The position numbers and the translations under genes are program-made. 64,000 nt of DNA from Desulfobacterales bacterium (lineage in GTDB: Bacteria; Desulfobacterota; Desulfobacteria; Desulfobacterales; JAHEIW01): the NCBI GenBank assembly GCA_020348305.1, contig CP070746.1:4345742-4409741 (forward strand), given 5' to 3'. A model generated the notes under the pieces. That model ran no database searches, was not told the origin of the DNA, and was given only the letters and a program-made list of their open reading frames with translations. Positions 37,118-47,346 of this stretch are shown one piece after another (positions within the stretch are counted from its first letter, which is position 1; each line of letters begins with the position of its first letter).

Positions 37118-38574
37118 TACACAGACTTTTTGGTTGCATGCTGACACTCGTGACTTATTTTTTTTTATATGGATGTGTGAACCTCGGGCCCGATTATAGT
37201 CAACCGGATTTAGGAATAAAAACACCTGATACCTTCGAGTGGGCTCCTGAAGATGCCCCGACGCTGGAGGTCGAGAATCGCTGGTGGGTGGTTTTCGGCG
37301 ATCGCGAACTCAATCAGCTGGTCGATGAGGTCCTTAAAAACAACTGGGATATCAAACTGGCGACAGCGCGCGTTCTGGAAGCCCGGGCCCAGTATATACG
37401 GGTTAGAGCCGATCGTTTTCCCAGTGTGAACGCTTCTGGGTTAAGGGATCGCAGACAGATAGACGGTGGTGATTTCAGGGACAACTTTACTGTAGATACC
37501 TATGAACTGGTAGCACCGGCATCCTTCGAGGTGGATCTTTGGAGTCGTCTGGCTAAAGCCTCCAAAGCAGCTTGGGAAGATATCCTGCAGGAAGAAGAAA
37601 ACCGGCGTACAGTAGCCCAGTCTATCGTCGCCGAGACGATTACGCTGTATCTTCAAATGGAAACGTTTGAGCGTAGGCTACAAATTGCAGAGCAAAGCAT
37701 CGAGGCGTTTCGGCGGAGTCTGCAATTCGTAGAAACACGTTATAAACGAGGCTTGGTTTCGGCATTGGATGTTCGGCAGGCCAGTCGTGTATTGGCCGGG
37801 GCAGAAGCTCTGGTTCCACAACTGGAGCAGGATCTCGGAATTATTCAACAGCAACTGGGCGTTTTGTTGGGTCGTTATCCTGAAACCCAGGCACCGCGCC
37901 GGCAACCGGAAGACTACTACAAGCGTCTGGAACCGGTACCGCCGGGGCTACCTTCGGAGTTGCTGCAACGAAGGCCGGATATCAGAGCCGCCGAGGCTCG
38001 CCTGCGATCTTTAAATGAGCTGGTCGGCGTGGCCAAAGCGAATCGGTTTCCGTCAATTTCCCTAACCGGTAGCTATGGTTGGACCAGCGATGACCTAAAT
38101 AATCTTTTACGCTCAGAAAATGTCATCTGGAACTGGACCGTCGGAATAGTTCAACCTGTATTTGATGCCGGGCGACTCAAAGCTGGTCAGCGGGCGGCCG
38201 AAGCCAGATATCAACAGGGGGTTGCCGATTATGTCCAAACCGTGCTTGATGCGTTTGCCGAAGTTGAAGGTGCGCTTTTGACCCGGGAACGACAGCTAGA
38301 GCGCCGCGAGCGAGAACTCAGATTTTTAATGGAGGCCAGGGAAACGCAGCGTGTTGCTCAAAACCGATATATACGAGGTCTAGTGCAGTATCTAGATGTA
38401 CTGGATGCCCAAATTACACGCTTTCAAGCGGAAGACAGTCTGGTACTTGTTGACTTGGCGATTTTAAACAATAGAGTGACACTTCATCGGGCCCTTGGGG
38501 GAGGTTGGGCTCAGCCGGAACCGGTTGCGACCAAAGATGATGGTGTTTTTTTTAATTTTGAAGCTAACCCCTAG
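37114..38574 (+). CDS. RND efflux outer-membrane factor lipoprotein (NodT family)
   Basis: 486 aa. Lipobox FFLYGC. Two TolC-like repeats. The GTG start overlaps the tetR stop (GTGA), with AAGGAG 8 nt upstream. Confidence 0.85.
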   Translation: MIHRLFGCMLTLVTYFFLYGCVNLGPDYSQPDLGIKTPDTFEWAPEDAPTLEVENRWWVVFGDRELNQLVDEVLKNNWDIKLATARVLEARAQYIRVRADRFPSVNASGLRDRRQIDGGDFRDNFTVDTYELVAPASFEVDLWSRLAKASKAAWEDILQEEENRRTVAQSIVAETITLYLQMETFERRLQIAEQSIEAFRRSLQFVETRYKRGLVSALDVRQASRVLAGAEALVPQLEQDLGIIQQQLGVLLGRYPETQAPRRQPEDYYKRLEPVPPGLPSELLQRRPDIRAAEARLRSLNELVGVAKANRFPSISLTGSYGWTSDDLNNLLRSENVIWNWTVGIVQPVFDAGRLKAGQRAAEARYQQGVADYVQTVLDAFAEVEGALLTRERQLERRERELRFLMEARETQRVAQNRYIRGLVQYLDVLDAQITRFQAEDSLVLVDLAILNNRVTLHRALGGGWAQPEPVATKDDGVFFNFEANP

Positions 38575-38593
38575 AAATAAAGACTAGCCATTT

Positions 38594-39781
38594 ATGAGTA
38601 AGACCAAAAGACGAATCATACATATTGTCGTTACCATGATAATCGTAGGCCTTGGCGCTTTAGGTTTTCTTGTGTTGACGGCCAGCAAACCACAACTTAA
38701 GCGCACCAAACCACCGGCACCGAAACCAACCGTTCGGGTGATGAAGGTTAAAACCGGACCGCAGGCGGTTATCATTAAAGGCGAAGGCACCGTCAGACCT
38801 TTACGCGAAATCCAACTGGTACCCCAAGTCAGTGGTAAAATCATTTATATTTCACCATCGCTGGTTGATGGCGGGGCGTTTAAAAAAGGGGATATTTTGC
38901 TGCGCATTAATCCGGTGGATTATCAATTAGCCGTCACATTAGCTCAGGCTAGAGTCATAGATTCAGTAAGTAAATTAAAGATCGCCGAGGAGGAGGCCGC
39001 TGCAGCGCAGGAAGAATGGCGATTGTTTTACCAAGATAAAGAAACTAAAGACATTGACCCGCCACCTTTGGTAGCCAAAGAACCCCAACTGGCGGCTGCC
39101 AGAGCCAAGTTGGCTGCCGATCGAGCCGATCTTCAAAAAGCCAAATTGAATCTCGCACGGACTGAAATCAAAACCCCCTTCAACGGCCGGGTCGGCGCCG
39201 AAAACGTCGATATCGGCCAATACGTTAGTCCCACGCAAAACTTGGCAACGCTTTTTTCCACAGAGGCTGCTCAAATTATTGTACCCTTTGAAGACGAAAG
39301 CCTTTATTGGTTTCACGTACCGGGATTTACGCCGGGTGACGGACCGGGCGCTGCGGTTAAGGTTCGCACACGGTTTGCGGGCAGAGAATCCGAATGGAAA
39401 GGTAGAGTGGTGCGGGCTCAAGGCAAACTGGATGAGCGGACCCGGATGGTCGATGTAGTGATTCTGGTTGAAAAACCATATGCCACAAGGCCGCCGTTGG
39501 CTGCCGGACTCTTCGTGACCGTAGAGATACAAGGTCGAACTATAGAAAGTGCTGCGGTTATCCCTCGATCTGCTCTCAGGGAAAATGATACGGTTTGGGT
39601 GGTGGATGAAAGCGGAAAACTTAGCTTTCGCAAAATCGAGGTCGCCAGACTGACGACTGCCTCCGCCATCCTTAAAGGCGGACTTTATAGTGGGGAGATG
39701 GTAGTTACCTCGGCCCTCAAAGCCGTTACCGATGGAATGCGAGTTCGTATTGCGAAGATCAACGAGGTAAATGATTCATGA
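38594..39781 (+). CDS. RND efflux periplasmic adaptor (membrane fusion protein)
   Basis: 395 aa. N-terminal TM, a coiled-coil hairpin (AQARVIDSVSKLKIAEEEAAAAQ...LAADRADLQKAKLNLARTEI), and a beta-barrel C-terminus. Confidence 0.85.
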   Translation: MSKTKRRIIHIVVTMIIVGLGALGFLVLTASKPQLKRTKPPAPKPTVRVMKVKTGPQAVIIKGEGTVRPLREIQLVPQVSGKIIYISPSLVDGGAFKKGDILLRINPVDYQLAVTLAQARVIDSVSKLKIAEEEAAAAQEEWRLFYQDKETKDIDPPPLVAKEPQLAAARAKLAADRADLQKAKLNLARTEIKTPFNGRVGAENVDIGQYVSPTQNLATLFSTEAAQIIVPFEDESLYWFHVPGFTPGDGPGAAVKVRTRFAGRESEWKGRVVRAQGKLDERTRMVDVVILVEKPYATRPPLAAGLFVTVEIQGRTIESAAVIPRSALRENDTVWVVDESGKLSFRKIEVARLTTASAILKGGLYSGEMVVTSALKAVTDGMRVRIAKINEVNDS

Positions 39782-42700
39782 AAACTGCTATCTCCTGGTT
39801 TGCCGAAAATCATGTCGCCGCCAATCTGCTGATGATGTTTTTGTTGCTGGGAGGGGCCATTACCGGACTCACCATGAAAGTTGAGGTCTTTCCCGAAACC
39901 GAGCTGGATATTATTACGGTGTCCACGGAGTATCCCGGTGCATCACCCGCAGAGGTCGAGGAGGCCATACTCCGCCGAATTGAGGAAAAAGTTGCCGGTC
40001 TGGCCGGTATCAAACGCATTGACTCCAATGCCCAGGAAGGATCCGGTAGGGTGACCATTGAGGTCATCAAGGACTGGGATTTAAAAAAATTGTTGGAGGA
40101 AGTCAAGGCGGAGGTCGACCGCATTACGACGTTGCCCGATGAGGCTGAAAAACCGGAAGTGAGGGAGGTAACCCGCAGAAGCCGAGTCATTAATGTTGCC
40201 ATTTTCGGCGATGCCGATGAATCCACCATCAAGCATCTGGCTGAAAAAATAAAAGATGATCTTATCAATCTGCCCGGGATTACTGTCGCTGAACTCCGAG
40301 GGCTACGAAAGGTAGAGGTTTCGATTGAGATTTCCGAAGAAACCTTACGGCGTTATGGCCTCACCTTAGGCCAGGTGGCAGAGGCCGTGCGCAAAGGAAG
40401 TCTGGATCTGCCGGCCGGCAGAATTAAGACATCCAGCGGTGAAATCCTGATCCGAACCAAGGGTCGCCGCTATTATGCAGATGACTACCGAGACCTGGCT
40501 GTACTTACCCGCGCAGATGGAACTAAAGTCACATTGGGGCAAATCGCCCAGTTGAATGATGGCTTCGAAGACGTTGACTTTGCCGCACGCTTTCAGGGCA
40601 AACCTGCTGCCATGATTCATGTGTATCGGGTTGCGGATCAAAACGCTTTAACCGTTGCCAAAACTGTCAAGCGCTATATAGAGGAAATCCGGCCCGGTTT
40701 GCCGGAGGGTCTTGATATCAAATTTTATTCAGATCGATCCAGAATTTTGAAAAGCCGTCTGGAATTGCTTTTGAAAAACCTGGCCATCGGTCTGGTGTTG
40801 GTCATCATACTTTTAGGCTTTTTTTTGAACCTGCGCTTGGCGTTTTGGGTAACGCTTGGAATACCCATTTCCTTTGCGGCCTGTCTGGCCGTTTTGCCTC
40901 GTTTTGATGTTTCCATCAACATGATCTCGTTGTTCGCCTTTATTATGGTGTTGGGTATTGTTGTGGACGACGCTATTATTATCGGAGAAAATATTTACCG
41001 CAAGCAAGAAGAGGGTTTCAGCTCCCTTAAAGCTGCAGTGGAGGGTGCTTTGGAGGTTGGCCGTCCCGTCATCTTTGCCGTCTTAACCACCATTGTTGCT
41101 TTCTGGCCGCTGCTTTTAGCATCCGGCATCATGGGTAAAATAATGCGCAACATCCCCATCATTGTCATATTAGTATTGGCGGGCTCTCTGGTGGAGTCGC
41201 TATTTATTCTGCCCGCTCACCTGGAGCGAAGCGCCCATAAGGCGGCGCAGAAAAGCTCAGGTCCACCAAAAGAAAAACGCTCGGCGCGTTGGCTAAAATG
41301 GGTGATAAACGGCCCTTATTTCCGTTTCGTCGAATTTTGTGTCTGTTGGCGTTATGCCACCTTGGCATTTAGCATTGTTTTGTTACTGCTCAGCTACGGC
41401 GTCTGGCAAGCCGGATGGATAAAATTTACGCTTTTCCAGAAAGTTGAGGGCGATACCATGCGCTGCTATGTGACCATGCCGGTGGGAACTCCTGTTGAAC
41501 GGACCCAAGAGGCCATTACGTATATCGAGCGGGCCGCTTTGGACGTTTTGGAAGAAGCTAATCAACAGCGCCCTGAGAGTGCCCCATCGCTGCTGGAATA
41601 CAGCCTGGTGTCAATCGGGGCTCATTTTGGCCGGGGAGCGACCCGGGGCACCGGCGGTCATTTGGCCCAGATTTGGGTGCAGCTGTTGGAAAGTGAAGAA
41701 CGAGATATGAGCACGGCCAACCTGACGCGAAAATGGCGCAAAAAGGTCGGCCAGATCCCTGATGCGGAGTCCATCACTTTTAGAAGTGAAATTCACAGCG
41801 CCGGCAATCCCATTGAGGTTCACCTCTCGCTGGACGATCATGATCAACTTCTGGCTGCGGGTGATGCACTTAAGACGGAATTAAGAGGAATTCCGGGTGT
41901 ATTTGATATTAGCGACAGTTTTTTGCCCGGCAAACGAGAAATGCAACTGAAATTGAAACCCGCAGCCCGCAGTTTAGGATTGAGCTTGGATGACCTGGCG
42001 CGACAGGTTCGCCATGCGTTTTACGGCGCTGAGGCCTTGCGCTTGCAACGCGATAAAGATGAAATCAAGATCATGGTCCGTTATCCCGAGACGGAGCGCA
42101 AGTCCCTGGGATATGTGGAATACATGCGAATTCGAACTCCCGGCGGCTATGAGGTACCTTTCAGCCAAGTGGCCCAGGTCAAGATGGAACAAGGCTATGC
42201 GACCATCGAACGCGCCCAGCGCTTAAGGGTGATTAAAGTTACAGCGGATGTGAATGAGAATGTGACCAATGCCAACGAAGTGCGAATTGCTCTGGTAAAT
42301 AACTTCCTGCCGCAACTGAAAAGTCTTTATCCCGGTTTACGTTACACGATTGAAGGTGAAGGCAAAGAGCAGCAAGAGTCTCTTGCGGATGTGATGAAAG
42401 GTTTTATTCTTGCCCTTTTCGGCATTTATGCGCTGCTGGCCATTCCCTTCCGGTCTTTCGCCCAACCCTTTATCGTTATGTTGGCCATTCCTTTTGGTAT
42501 TACCGGTGCTTTGGCCGGTCATTTGCTTATGGGTTTTAATATCAGCTTGTTGAGTCTTTTTGGAATGGTCGGTCTGGCCGGAGTGGTAGTTAATGATTCC
42601 CTGGTGCTAATCTATGCTGCCAATCGCGTGCGCAGACAGGGGGCTAGCGCCCATGATGCCGTGATAAAAGCCGGCCGTTTGCGCTTTCGAGCGATTCTGC

Positions 42701-42918
42701 TCACTTCACTGACAACATTTGCCGGTCTTACGCCGATGTTGCTGGAGCGCAGTGTTCAGGCGCAATTTTTAATCCCCATGGCTATCAGCCTTGGATTTGG
42801 CGTGCTTTTTGGTACGTTTGTCACTCTTCTGCTTATTCCTTGTGGCTACCTCATTCTGGAAGACATTCTCAACATCGTTGCTGGTTCGAAGACCAAAATG
42901 ATTTCAAATCAGTACTAG
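39778..42918 (+). CDS. RND efflux permease (AcrB/AcrD/AcrF family)
   Basis: 1046 aa, 12-TM architecture; GIVVDDAIIIGENI and GLAGVVVNDSLVLI motifs. ATGA overlap with the adaptor gene. Confidence 0.9.
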   Translation: MKTAISWFAENHVAANLLMMFLLLGGAITGLTMKVEVFPETELDIITVSTEYPGASPAEVEEAILRRIEEKVAGLAGIKRIDSNAQEGSGRVTIEVIKDWDLKKLLEEVKAEVDRITTLPDEAEKPEVREVTRRSRVINVAIFGDADESTIKHLAEKIKDDLINLPGITVAELRGLRKVEVSIEISEETLRRYGLTLGQVAEAVRKGSLDLPAGRIKTSSGEILIRTKGRRYYADDYRDLAVLTRADGTKVTLGQIAQLNDGFEDVDFAARFQGKPAAMIHVYRVADQNALTVAKTVKRYIEEIRPGLPEGLDIKFYSDRSRILKSRLELLLKNLAIGLVLVIILLGFFLNLRLAFWVTLGIPISFAACLAVLPRFDVSINMISLFAFIMVLGIVVDDAIIIGENIYRKQEEGFSSLKAAVEGALEVGRPVIFAVLTTIVAFWPLLLASGIMGKIMRNIPIIVILVLAGSLVESLFILPAHLERSAHKAAQKSSGPPKEKRSARWLKWVINGPYFRFVEFCVCWRYATLAFSIVLLLLSYGVWQAGWIKFTLFQKVEGDTMRCYVTMPVGTPVERTQEAITYIERAALDVLEEANQQRPESAPSLLEYSLVSIGAHFGRGATRGTGGHLAQIWVQLLESEERDMSTANLTRKWRKKVGQIPDAESITFRSEIHSAGNPIEVHLSLDDHDQLLAAGDALKTELRGIPGVFDISDSFLPGKREMQLKLKPAARSLGLSLDDLARQVRHAFYGAEALRLQRDKDEIKIMVRYPETERKSLGYVEYMRIRTPGGYEVPFSQVAQVKMEQGYATIERAQRLRVIKVTADVNENVTNANEVRIALVNNFLPQLKSLYPGLRYTIEGEGKEQQESLADVMKGFILALFGIYALLAIPFRSFAQPFIVMLAIPFGITGALAGHLLMGFNISLLSLFGMVGLAGVVVNDSLVLIYAANRVRRQGASAHDAVIKAGRLRFRAILLTSLTTFAGLTPMLLERSVQAQFLIPMAISLGFGVLFGTFVTLLLIPCGYLILEDILNIVAGSKTKMISNQY

Positions 42919-44408
42919 TGTGCACCGGCGGGCTTAACGCTGCTTTCTCTGGCTGCGACTTCCGGATGAATGCGCCAGGTAATCAGCGGTGAGAGCGAAT
43001 AGCAAATCATATACAATAAACCGATATGACCAAGATACGGCGTGAACACCGAAAAAATAAGCAACAGCAACGTCCCGCGGGCGAACCACGGATGCCGGCT
43101 CATAAAGCGACCCAGATGCAAATAACGGATTGGATAAAGATTCATCAGAATCGCTGTAAAGATCATCAATGCGAAGCTGAAAATTCCCCAGAATCGTGCC
43201 CATTCCGAAGCTTCACTGATGGATTGACCAACAATAATTAACGGCGACAATACCAAAATCGCGGCTGCCGGAACAGGCAGGCCTTTAAAAAAGCCCGGGA
43301 TCGGTGATTTGTCGATGGTAAAATACACCAGTCGGCTAAATCCCAACAGCGCATAGAACCAGGCAACCCAACCGAAAGGAAGCTTTAGGATGACCGGATC
43401 CAAAAATGTTGAAAGTGTAATATAGAAAATCCATGCCGGAGCAATACAAAAACTGACTGCATCAGAGATATCATCAAGTATCCCTCCCAGATTAATTGAC
43501 CGTTGACGATCGCTTTCGCTTGGCAATGGTTCGGTTAGACCCAGCCGGCGGGCGACGGCGCCATCTAGTTTATCAAACAGTGCTGCACCGATCATAAAAA
43601 GAAAGGCCTCCCGCAAACGTCCCTGATAGGCAAAGAACACCGCCAACAATCCCATCATGGCGTTCATCACCGTTAATGCATTGGGAAAGAACGCTAAAAT
43701 GCGTCGTCGCAATCGCTCATTCCCCAAACAAAGTTCGTCTAGACATAACGATCCGTATTTGCGGCAGAACATTGCGATGGATCCGAAGTTGATGATTAAA
43801 AAGATAATTTCGATAACAAACAACCCGCGCAGAGGTAAATTACCTAACCAAGAAATCCAAAAGTAAATCTTGGAGGGAGGTCCTTCCGGAACATAAAACG
43901 CATAAGCAAAGAGCAGCGCTCCGACTGGGGCGGCGACAACGGTTCTTAGCCGACTTAATTCACTGTCTTCGAGTTCTTGTTCATTACGAATCGCAAATCC
44001 GCGCATAAAATGAGCAAAATTATCTCGAATCAGAACCGTCACAGCCATAAGAAGCACAAGAATGGCATGCAGCAATTCCGCTCTGTTGGGATCAGTGGAT
44101 ATGAAATGTAAGCGCCACATGGTGCCCACGGCGACAAGCGGGAAGATAATGGAATATACGATCTTATCCATGATACGGTCGGCGAGATGGGCTAGGTTGG
44201 GCTGCGGATGAAAGCGAGCGGCAAACCAGCCGTCGACCAGATCAAAACTCATGGAGAAAAACAAAAAAACCACACCCAAAGTATATAGAATCGGACTGCG
44301 GAGCCACATTACGCCAATAGCGCATATCATGCCGGCAAAGACCAGCGGAGGACGTCCATACACGAGGAGTGCGGTAAATTTTTGTGGAATATATTGTTTG
44401 TCGGACAT
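42915..44408 (-). CDS. tandem (duplicated) CDP-alcohol phosphatidyltransferase-family membrane protein
   Basis: 497 aa with two family motifs: N-half DLVDGWFAARFHPQPNLAHLADRIMD, C-half DKLDGAVARRLG...(20 aa)...GGILDDISD. Its stop overlaps the RND stop within CTAG (42915-42918). Confidence 0.7.
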   Translation of the reverse strand: MSDKQYIPQKFTALLVYGRPPLVFAGMICAIGVMWLRSPILYTLGVVFLFFSMSFDLVDGWFAARFHPQPNLAHLADRIMDKIVYSIIFPLVAVGTMWRLHFISTDPNRAELLHAILVLLMAVTVLIRDNFAHFMRGFAIRNEQELEDSELSRLRTVVAAPVGALLFAYAFYVPEGPPSKIYFWISWLGNLPLRGLFVIEIIFLIINFGSIAMFCRKYGSLCLDELCLGNERLRRRILAFFPNALTVMNAMMGLLAVFFAYQGRLREAFLFMIGAALFDKLDGAVARRLGLTEPLPSESDRQRSINLGGILDDISDAVSFCIAPAWIFYITLSTFLDPVILKLPFGWVAWFYALLGFSRLVYFTIDKSPIPGFFKGLPVPAAAILVLSPLIIVGQSISEASEWARFWGIFSFALMIFTAILMNLYPIRYLHLGRFMSRHPWFARGTLLLLIFSVFTPYLGHIGLLYMICYSLSPLITWRIHPEVAARESSVKPAGAH

Positions 44409-44716
44409 GCGTTTATGTTTAAGATAAATGAAAGGAAATTATTTTCGAACGCAGACAAGATCATTTTGAATTGAATTCAGGCCTTCATTGCATCATAAAG
44501 AAAATCTCATATTGTGTCAAGCAATGGGTGCCTTTGAGCCTTTAAGCGCTCTTTTTTGCTGGGGCAATGTTATCATTTTTTTTGGTTTCCCCAAACTTTT
44601 GCGGAAATAAATGAGATGCTTTGATTTATTGCTAACTTTTTGATAATGCAATCCAAACTTGCACGCTTGAGTAACGACTCGGAATTCCTGCAACCAGATA
44701 AGAATATAACATCTTC

Positions 44717-46051
44717 ATGTCACCATCCTTATATAAAAAAGTCGGCATTGCCTCGATTATCATGATGGGCTCGATCTTCTTCAGCCGTCTTTTTGGTTTC
44801 GTCCGCTTGATGGTCATTGCCTATGTAGGCGGCCGGGGCGCAGATGTAGACGCCTATCAGGTGGCCTTTGTTATTCCAGAAATATTAAATCACATCGTCG
44901 CCAGCGGATTTTTGTCCATCACGTTTATTCCGATTTTTTCCCGCTATCTTGTCGAAAACCAAGAAGAACAAGGATGGAAGGTCTTCTCGATTGTATTAAC
45001 CGGATTTGGAACGCTTCTATTATTATTTATTGTGATTTCAGAAGCTTTTGCTCCTGAACTCGTTGCCATTATTGCGCGTGGTCGACCTGATTTGAATTTT
45101 AGAGAACAGGCCATTACGATGACACGGATTATCATACCCGCCCAGTTTTTCTTTTTTTCAGGTGGACTGTTTATGGCGGTGCAGTTTGCCAAGGAAAAAT
45201 TTCTTATTCCTGCCTTTGCACCGCTTATCTATAATCTGGGAATCATTGGTGGCGGGATTCTTTTAAGTCCCTGGATTGGCATGCAAGGCTTTTCATGGGG
45301 CGTGCTGACCGGGGCGCTAGTTGGCAATTTCGCGCTGCAATGGTGGGGTGCCAAGAAAGTGGGAATGAAATTTTCACTGACGTTTAATTTTAAGCACCCG
45401 GATCTGAAAACCTATACAAAGCTGACGCTACCGCTGATTTTCGGCCTGACCATGTTTTTTTCCATGGAGATATTTATGAAATTTTTCGGGTCCTATTTGC
45501 CTCCGGGAAGTATTGCCGATTTAGAATATAGTTTCAGAACCATGCTTTTATTGGTCGCCTTTTTTGGGCAAGCCGCAGGCGTGGCTTCATATCCGTTCAT
45601 GGCTCGATTGGTCGCTGAAAAAAAAATGCAGGAAATGAATCAATTGCTCAACAATACCCTAAAATATTTATCTTTGGTTATTCCTTTTTCGGTTTTGATG
45701 ATGGTGCTTCGTAACGAGCTCATATTAATACTGCTTCAGAGAGGCAATTTCGATGCCGAGGCGACCGGCCATGCTGCCGGGGTGTTAACCTATTTTTTAA
45801 TCGGTGCTTTTGCCATTGCGGCCAACACGATTATACCCAGAGCGTATTATGCGATGCAGGATACCCTTTTTCCGGCTATTTACGGAACTATTGCGGTCAT
45901 TTTGAGTGTTCCTTTTTATCTGCTCGGTCTGAAAATGATGGGTGCCAGAGGAGTTGCCCTGGCTGTTTCACTTTCGGCCATTTTGCAGGTATTTTTTTTA
46001 TATGCACTCTGGAATAAACGCAGCCAAAACAAGAGAAGCAAAGAGGTATAG
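44717..46051 (+). CDS. murJ: lipid II flippase MurJ (MviN), TM1-12 portion, ending at an in-frame TAG
   Basis: SRLFGFVRLMVIAYVGGRGADVDAYQVAFVIPEILNHI is the MurJ N-terminal signature. At 444 aa it is 60-80 aa shorter than usual. Confidence 0.8.
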   Translation: MSPSLYKKVGIASIIMMGSIFFSRLFGFVRLMVIAYVGGRGADVDAYQVAFVIPEILNHIVASGFLSITFIPIFSRYLVENQEEQGWKVFSIVLTGFGTLLLLFIVISEAFAPELVAIIARGRPDLNFREQAITMTRIIIPAQFFFFSGGLFMAVQFAKEKFLIPAFAPLIYNLGIIGGGILLSPWIGMQGFSWGVLTGALVGNFALQWWGAKKVGMKFSLTFNFKHPDLKTYTKLTLPLIFGLTMFFSMEIFMKFFGSYLPPGSIADLEYSFRTMLLLVAFFGQAAGVASYPFMARLVAEKKMQEMNQLLNNTLKYLSLVIPFSVLMMVLRNELILILLQRGNFDAEATGHAAGVLTYFLIGAFAIAANTIIPRAYYAMQDTLFPAIYGTIAVILSVPFYLLGLKMMGARGVALAVSLSAILQVFFLYALWNKRSQNKRSKEV

Positions 46052-46060
46052 TGGTTTTAT

Positions 46061-46285
46061 TTGAAAATTATGGCCCTCAGTGCTCTGGTGGGAATTGTTT
46101 TGGTATGGTTTAAAAGACAAGTACTTCCTTGGATTGATGCAACAACATTTAGCGGAAGTTTGATGATCGCCCTCGGAACGGGTGTTCTGTTTATGATCGT
46201 TTTATTAGCCGTCGGCTATGGATTGAAGATTAAAGAAATCAATGAGTTGGTAAATAGATTAAGAGAAAAATTAAGGTTCTCTTAG
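46061..46285 (+). CDS. MurJ C-terminal (TM13-14-like) fragment in the same frame as the preceding ORF
   Basis: Same frame as 44717..46051 and separated only by the TAG at 46049-51 plus 3 sense codons. It encodes two hydrophobic helices. The combined length is ~523 aa, which is normal for MurJ. Confidence 0.5.
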   Translation: MKIMALSALVGIVLVWFKRQVLPWIDATTFSGSLMIALGTGVLFMIVLLAVGYGLKIKEINELVNRLREKLRFS

Positions 46286-46356
46286 CGATATTCAGTATCC
46301 ATCAGATAATAAAGCATATAAAAAGGGGTGTTTGTCAAGAAACGGTTGGAAATGCG

Positions 46357-47346
46357 TTACCACCGGATCAGGGCACTGCCCCAGGTTAATCCACCGCCGA
46401 ATACCGGCAAACAGATTAGATCGTTGGCTTGAATACTGCCATCCCGCACGGCTTCGTCCAAGGATATGGCGCATGAAGCGGATGAGATATTGCCGTATTT
46501 TTGCAGTGTTAAGTAGAACCGTTCAAAAGGAATCTTTAATGATTTGGCGATATTTTGGAACATCCGAATATTGGCCTGATGGGGAATAAACCAATTGATA
46601 TTTTTCACGTCAACATCGTTAAATTCTGCCGCTTCCTTGATGGACTCGATAAATCGCCGAACAGCAACGCGAAAACTGAGGTTGGCTTCAATCATATTCA
46701 GGTAGTGCAAGCCCTTCTCCACGCTTTCATGGGAGATCGGTGTGGTTTTGGAGCCTCCACCAGGCATTAAGAGATCCTGGCCATTGGCGCCATCGGTGTG
46801 CAAATGTGTAGATAAGATTTCATGACCGTCGTTGCCAAGGGTTAAAACGGCAGCGCCTGCGCCATCGCCCCAAAGAATGCAGGTGTTGCGATCCTTCCAG
46901 TTGACCGTGCGTGACATCACTTCGGCCGCGACAACTAACACATGTTTGAAGGTCTTGTTTTTTAGATATTGCTCGGCCACATTTAATCCGAAAATAAAAC
47001 CGGAGCAGGCCGCCGTGACATCAAATGTCACTGCATGTGGGGAATCCAATTTGGCTTGCAGCCAATTGGCAGCCGAAGGACAACAGGTGTCCGGAGTGAT
47101 GGTGGCCACGATAATTAAATCTATATCTTTAACTGTTAGGCCAGCCATCTCAAAGGCTTTAAGGCTGGCTTCATATCCCAGATCAGAGGTTGCCATTTCC
47201 GGCTCAGCAATTCTTCTTTCGTTCACACCCGTTCGCTGTATAATCCACTCGTTGGTTGTGTCTAATCCCATATTCTCTAAATCGAAATTCGTTAAAATCT
47301 TTGGCGGCAAATATGAACCGGTTCCTAAAATCCTAATAGACTCCAT
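46357..47346 (-). CDS. fabH: 3-oxoacyl-[ACP] synthase III
   Basis: 329 aa; active-site AACSGFIFGL, HQAN, GGGLTWGS. Confidence 0.9.
   Translation of the reverse strand: MESIRILGTGSYLPPKILTNFDLENMGLDTTNEWIIQRTGVNERRIAEPEMATSDLGYEASLKAFEMAGLTVKDIDLIIVATITPDTCCPSAANWLQAKLDSPHAVTFDVTAACSGFIFGLNVAEQYLKNKTFKHVLVVAAEVMSRTVNWKDRNTCILWGDGAGAAVLTLGNDGHEILSTHLHTDGANGQDLLMPGGGSKTTPISHESVEKGLHYLNMIEANLSFRVAVRRFIESIKEAAEFNDVDVKNINWFIPHQANIRMFQNIAKSLKIPFERFYLTLQKYGNISSASCAISLDEAVRDGSIQANDLICLPVFGGGLTWGSALIRW

Noticed and set aside
38975-40268. Minus-strand ORFs of 185 aa and 152 aa
   Set aside because: They are antisense to the RND adaptor and permease genes.
36446-42918. The TetR-RND operon as a horizontally acquired island because it looks more GC-rich than the sucrose and AsmA regions
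   Set aside because: This rests only on eyeballing a few 60-nt lines (roughly 55% against 38-47% GC). There are no flanking mobility genes, tRNA or direct repeats. It needs a proper sliding-window GC and codon-usage calculation.
46049-46051. Pyrrolysine or general reassignment of TAG as the explanation for the murJ in-frame stop
   Set aside because: TAG is used as an ordinary terminator by several well-defined genes in this window (rlmN, the outer-membrane factor, the RND permease, the CDP-alcohol transferase and the IMP cyclohydrolase). No pyl genes are visible. Site-specific read-through cannot be excluded but is not supported.
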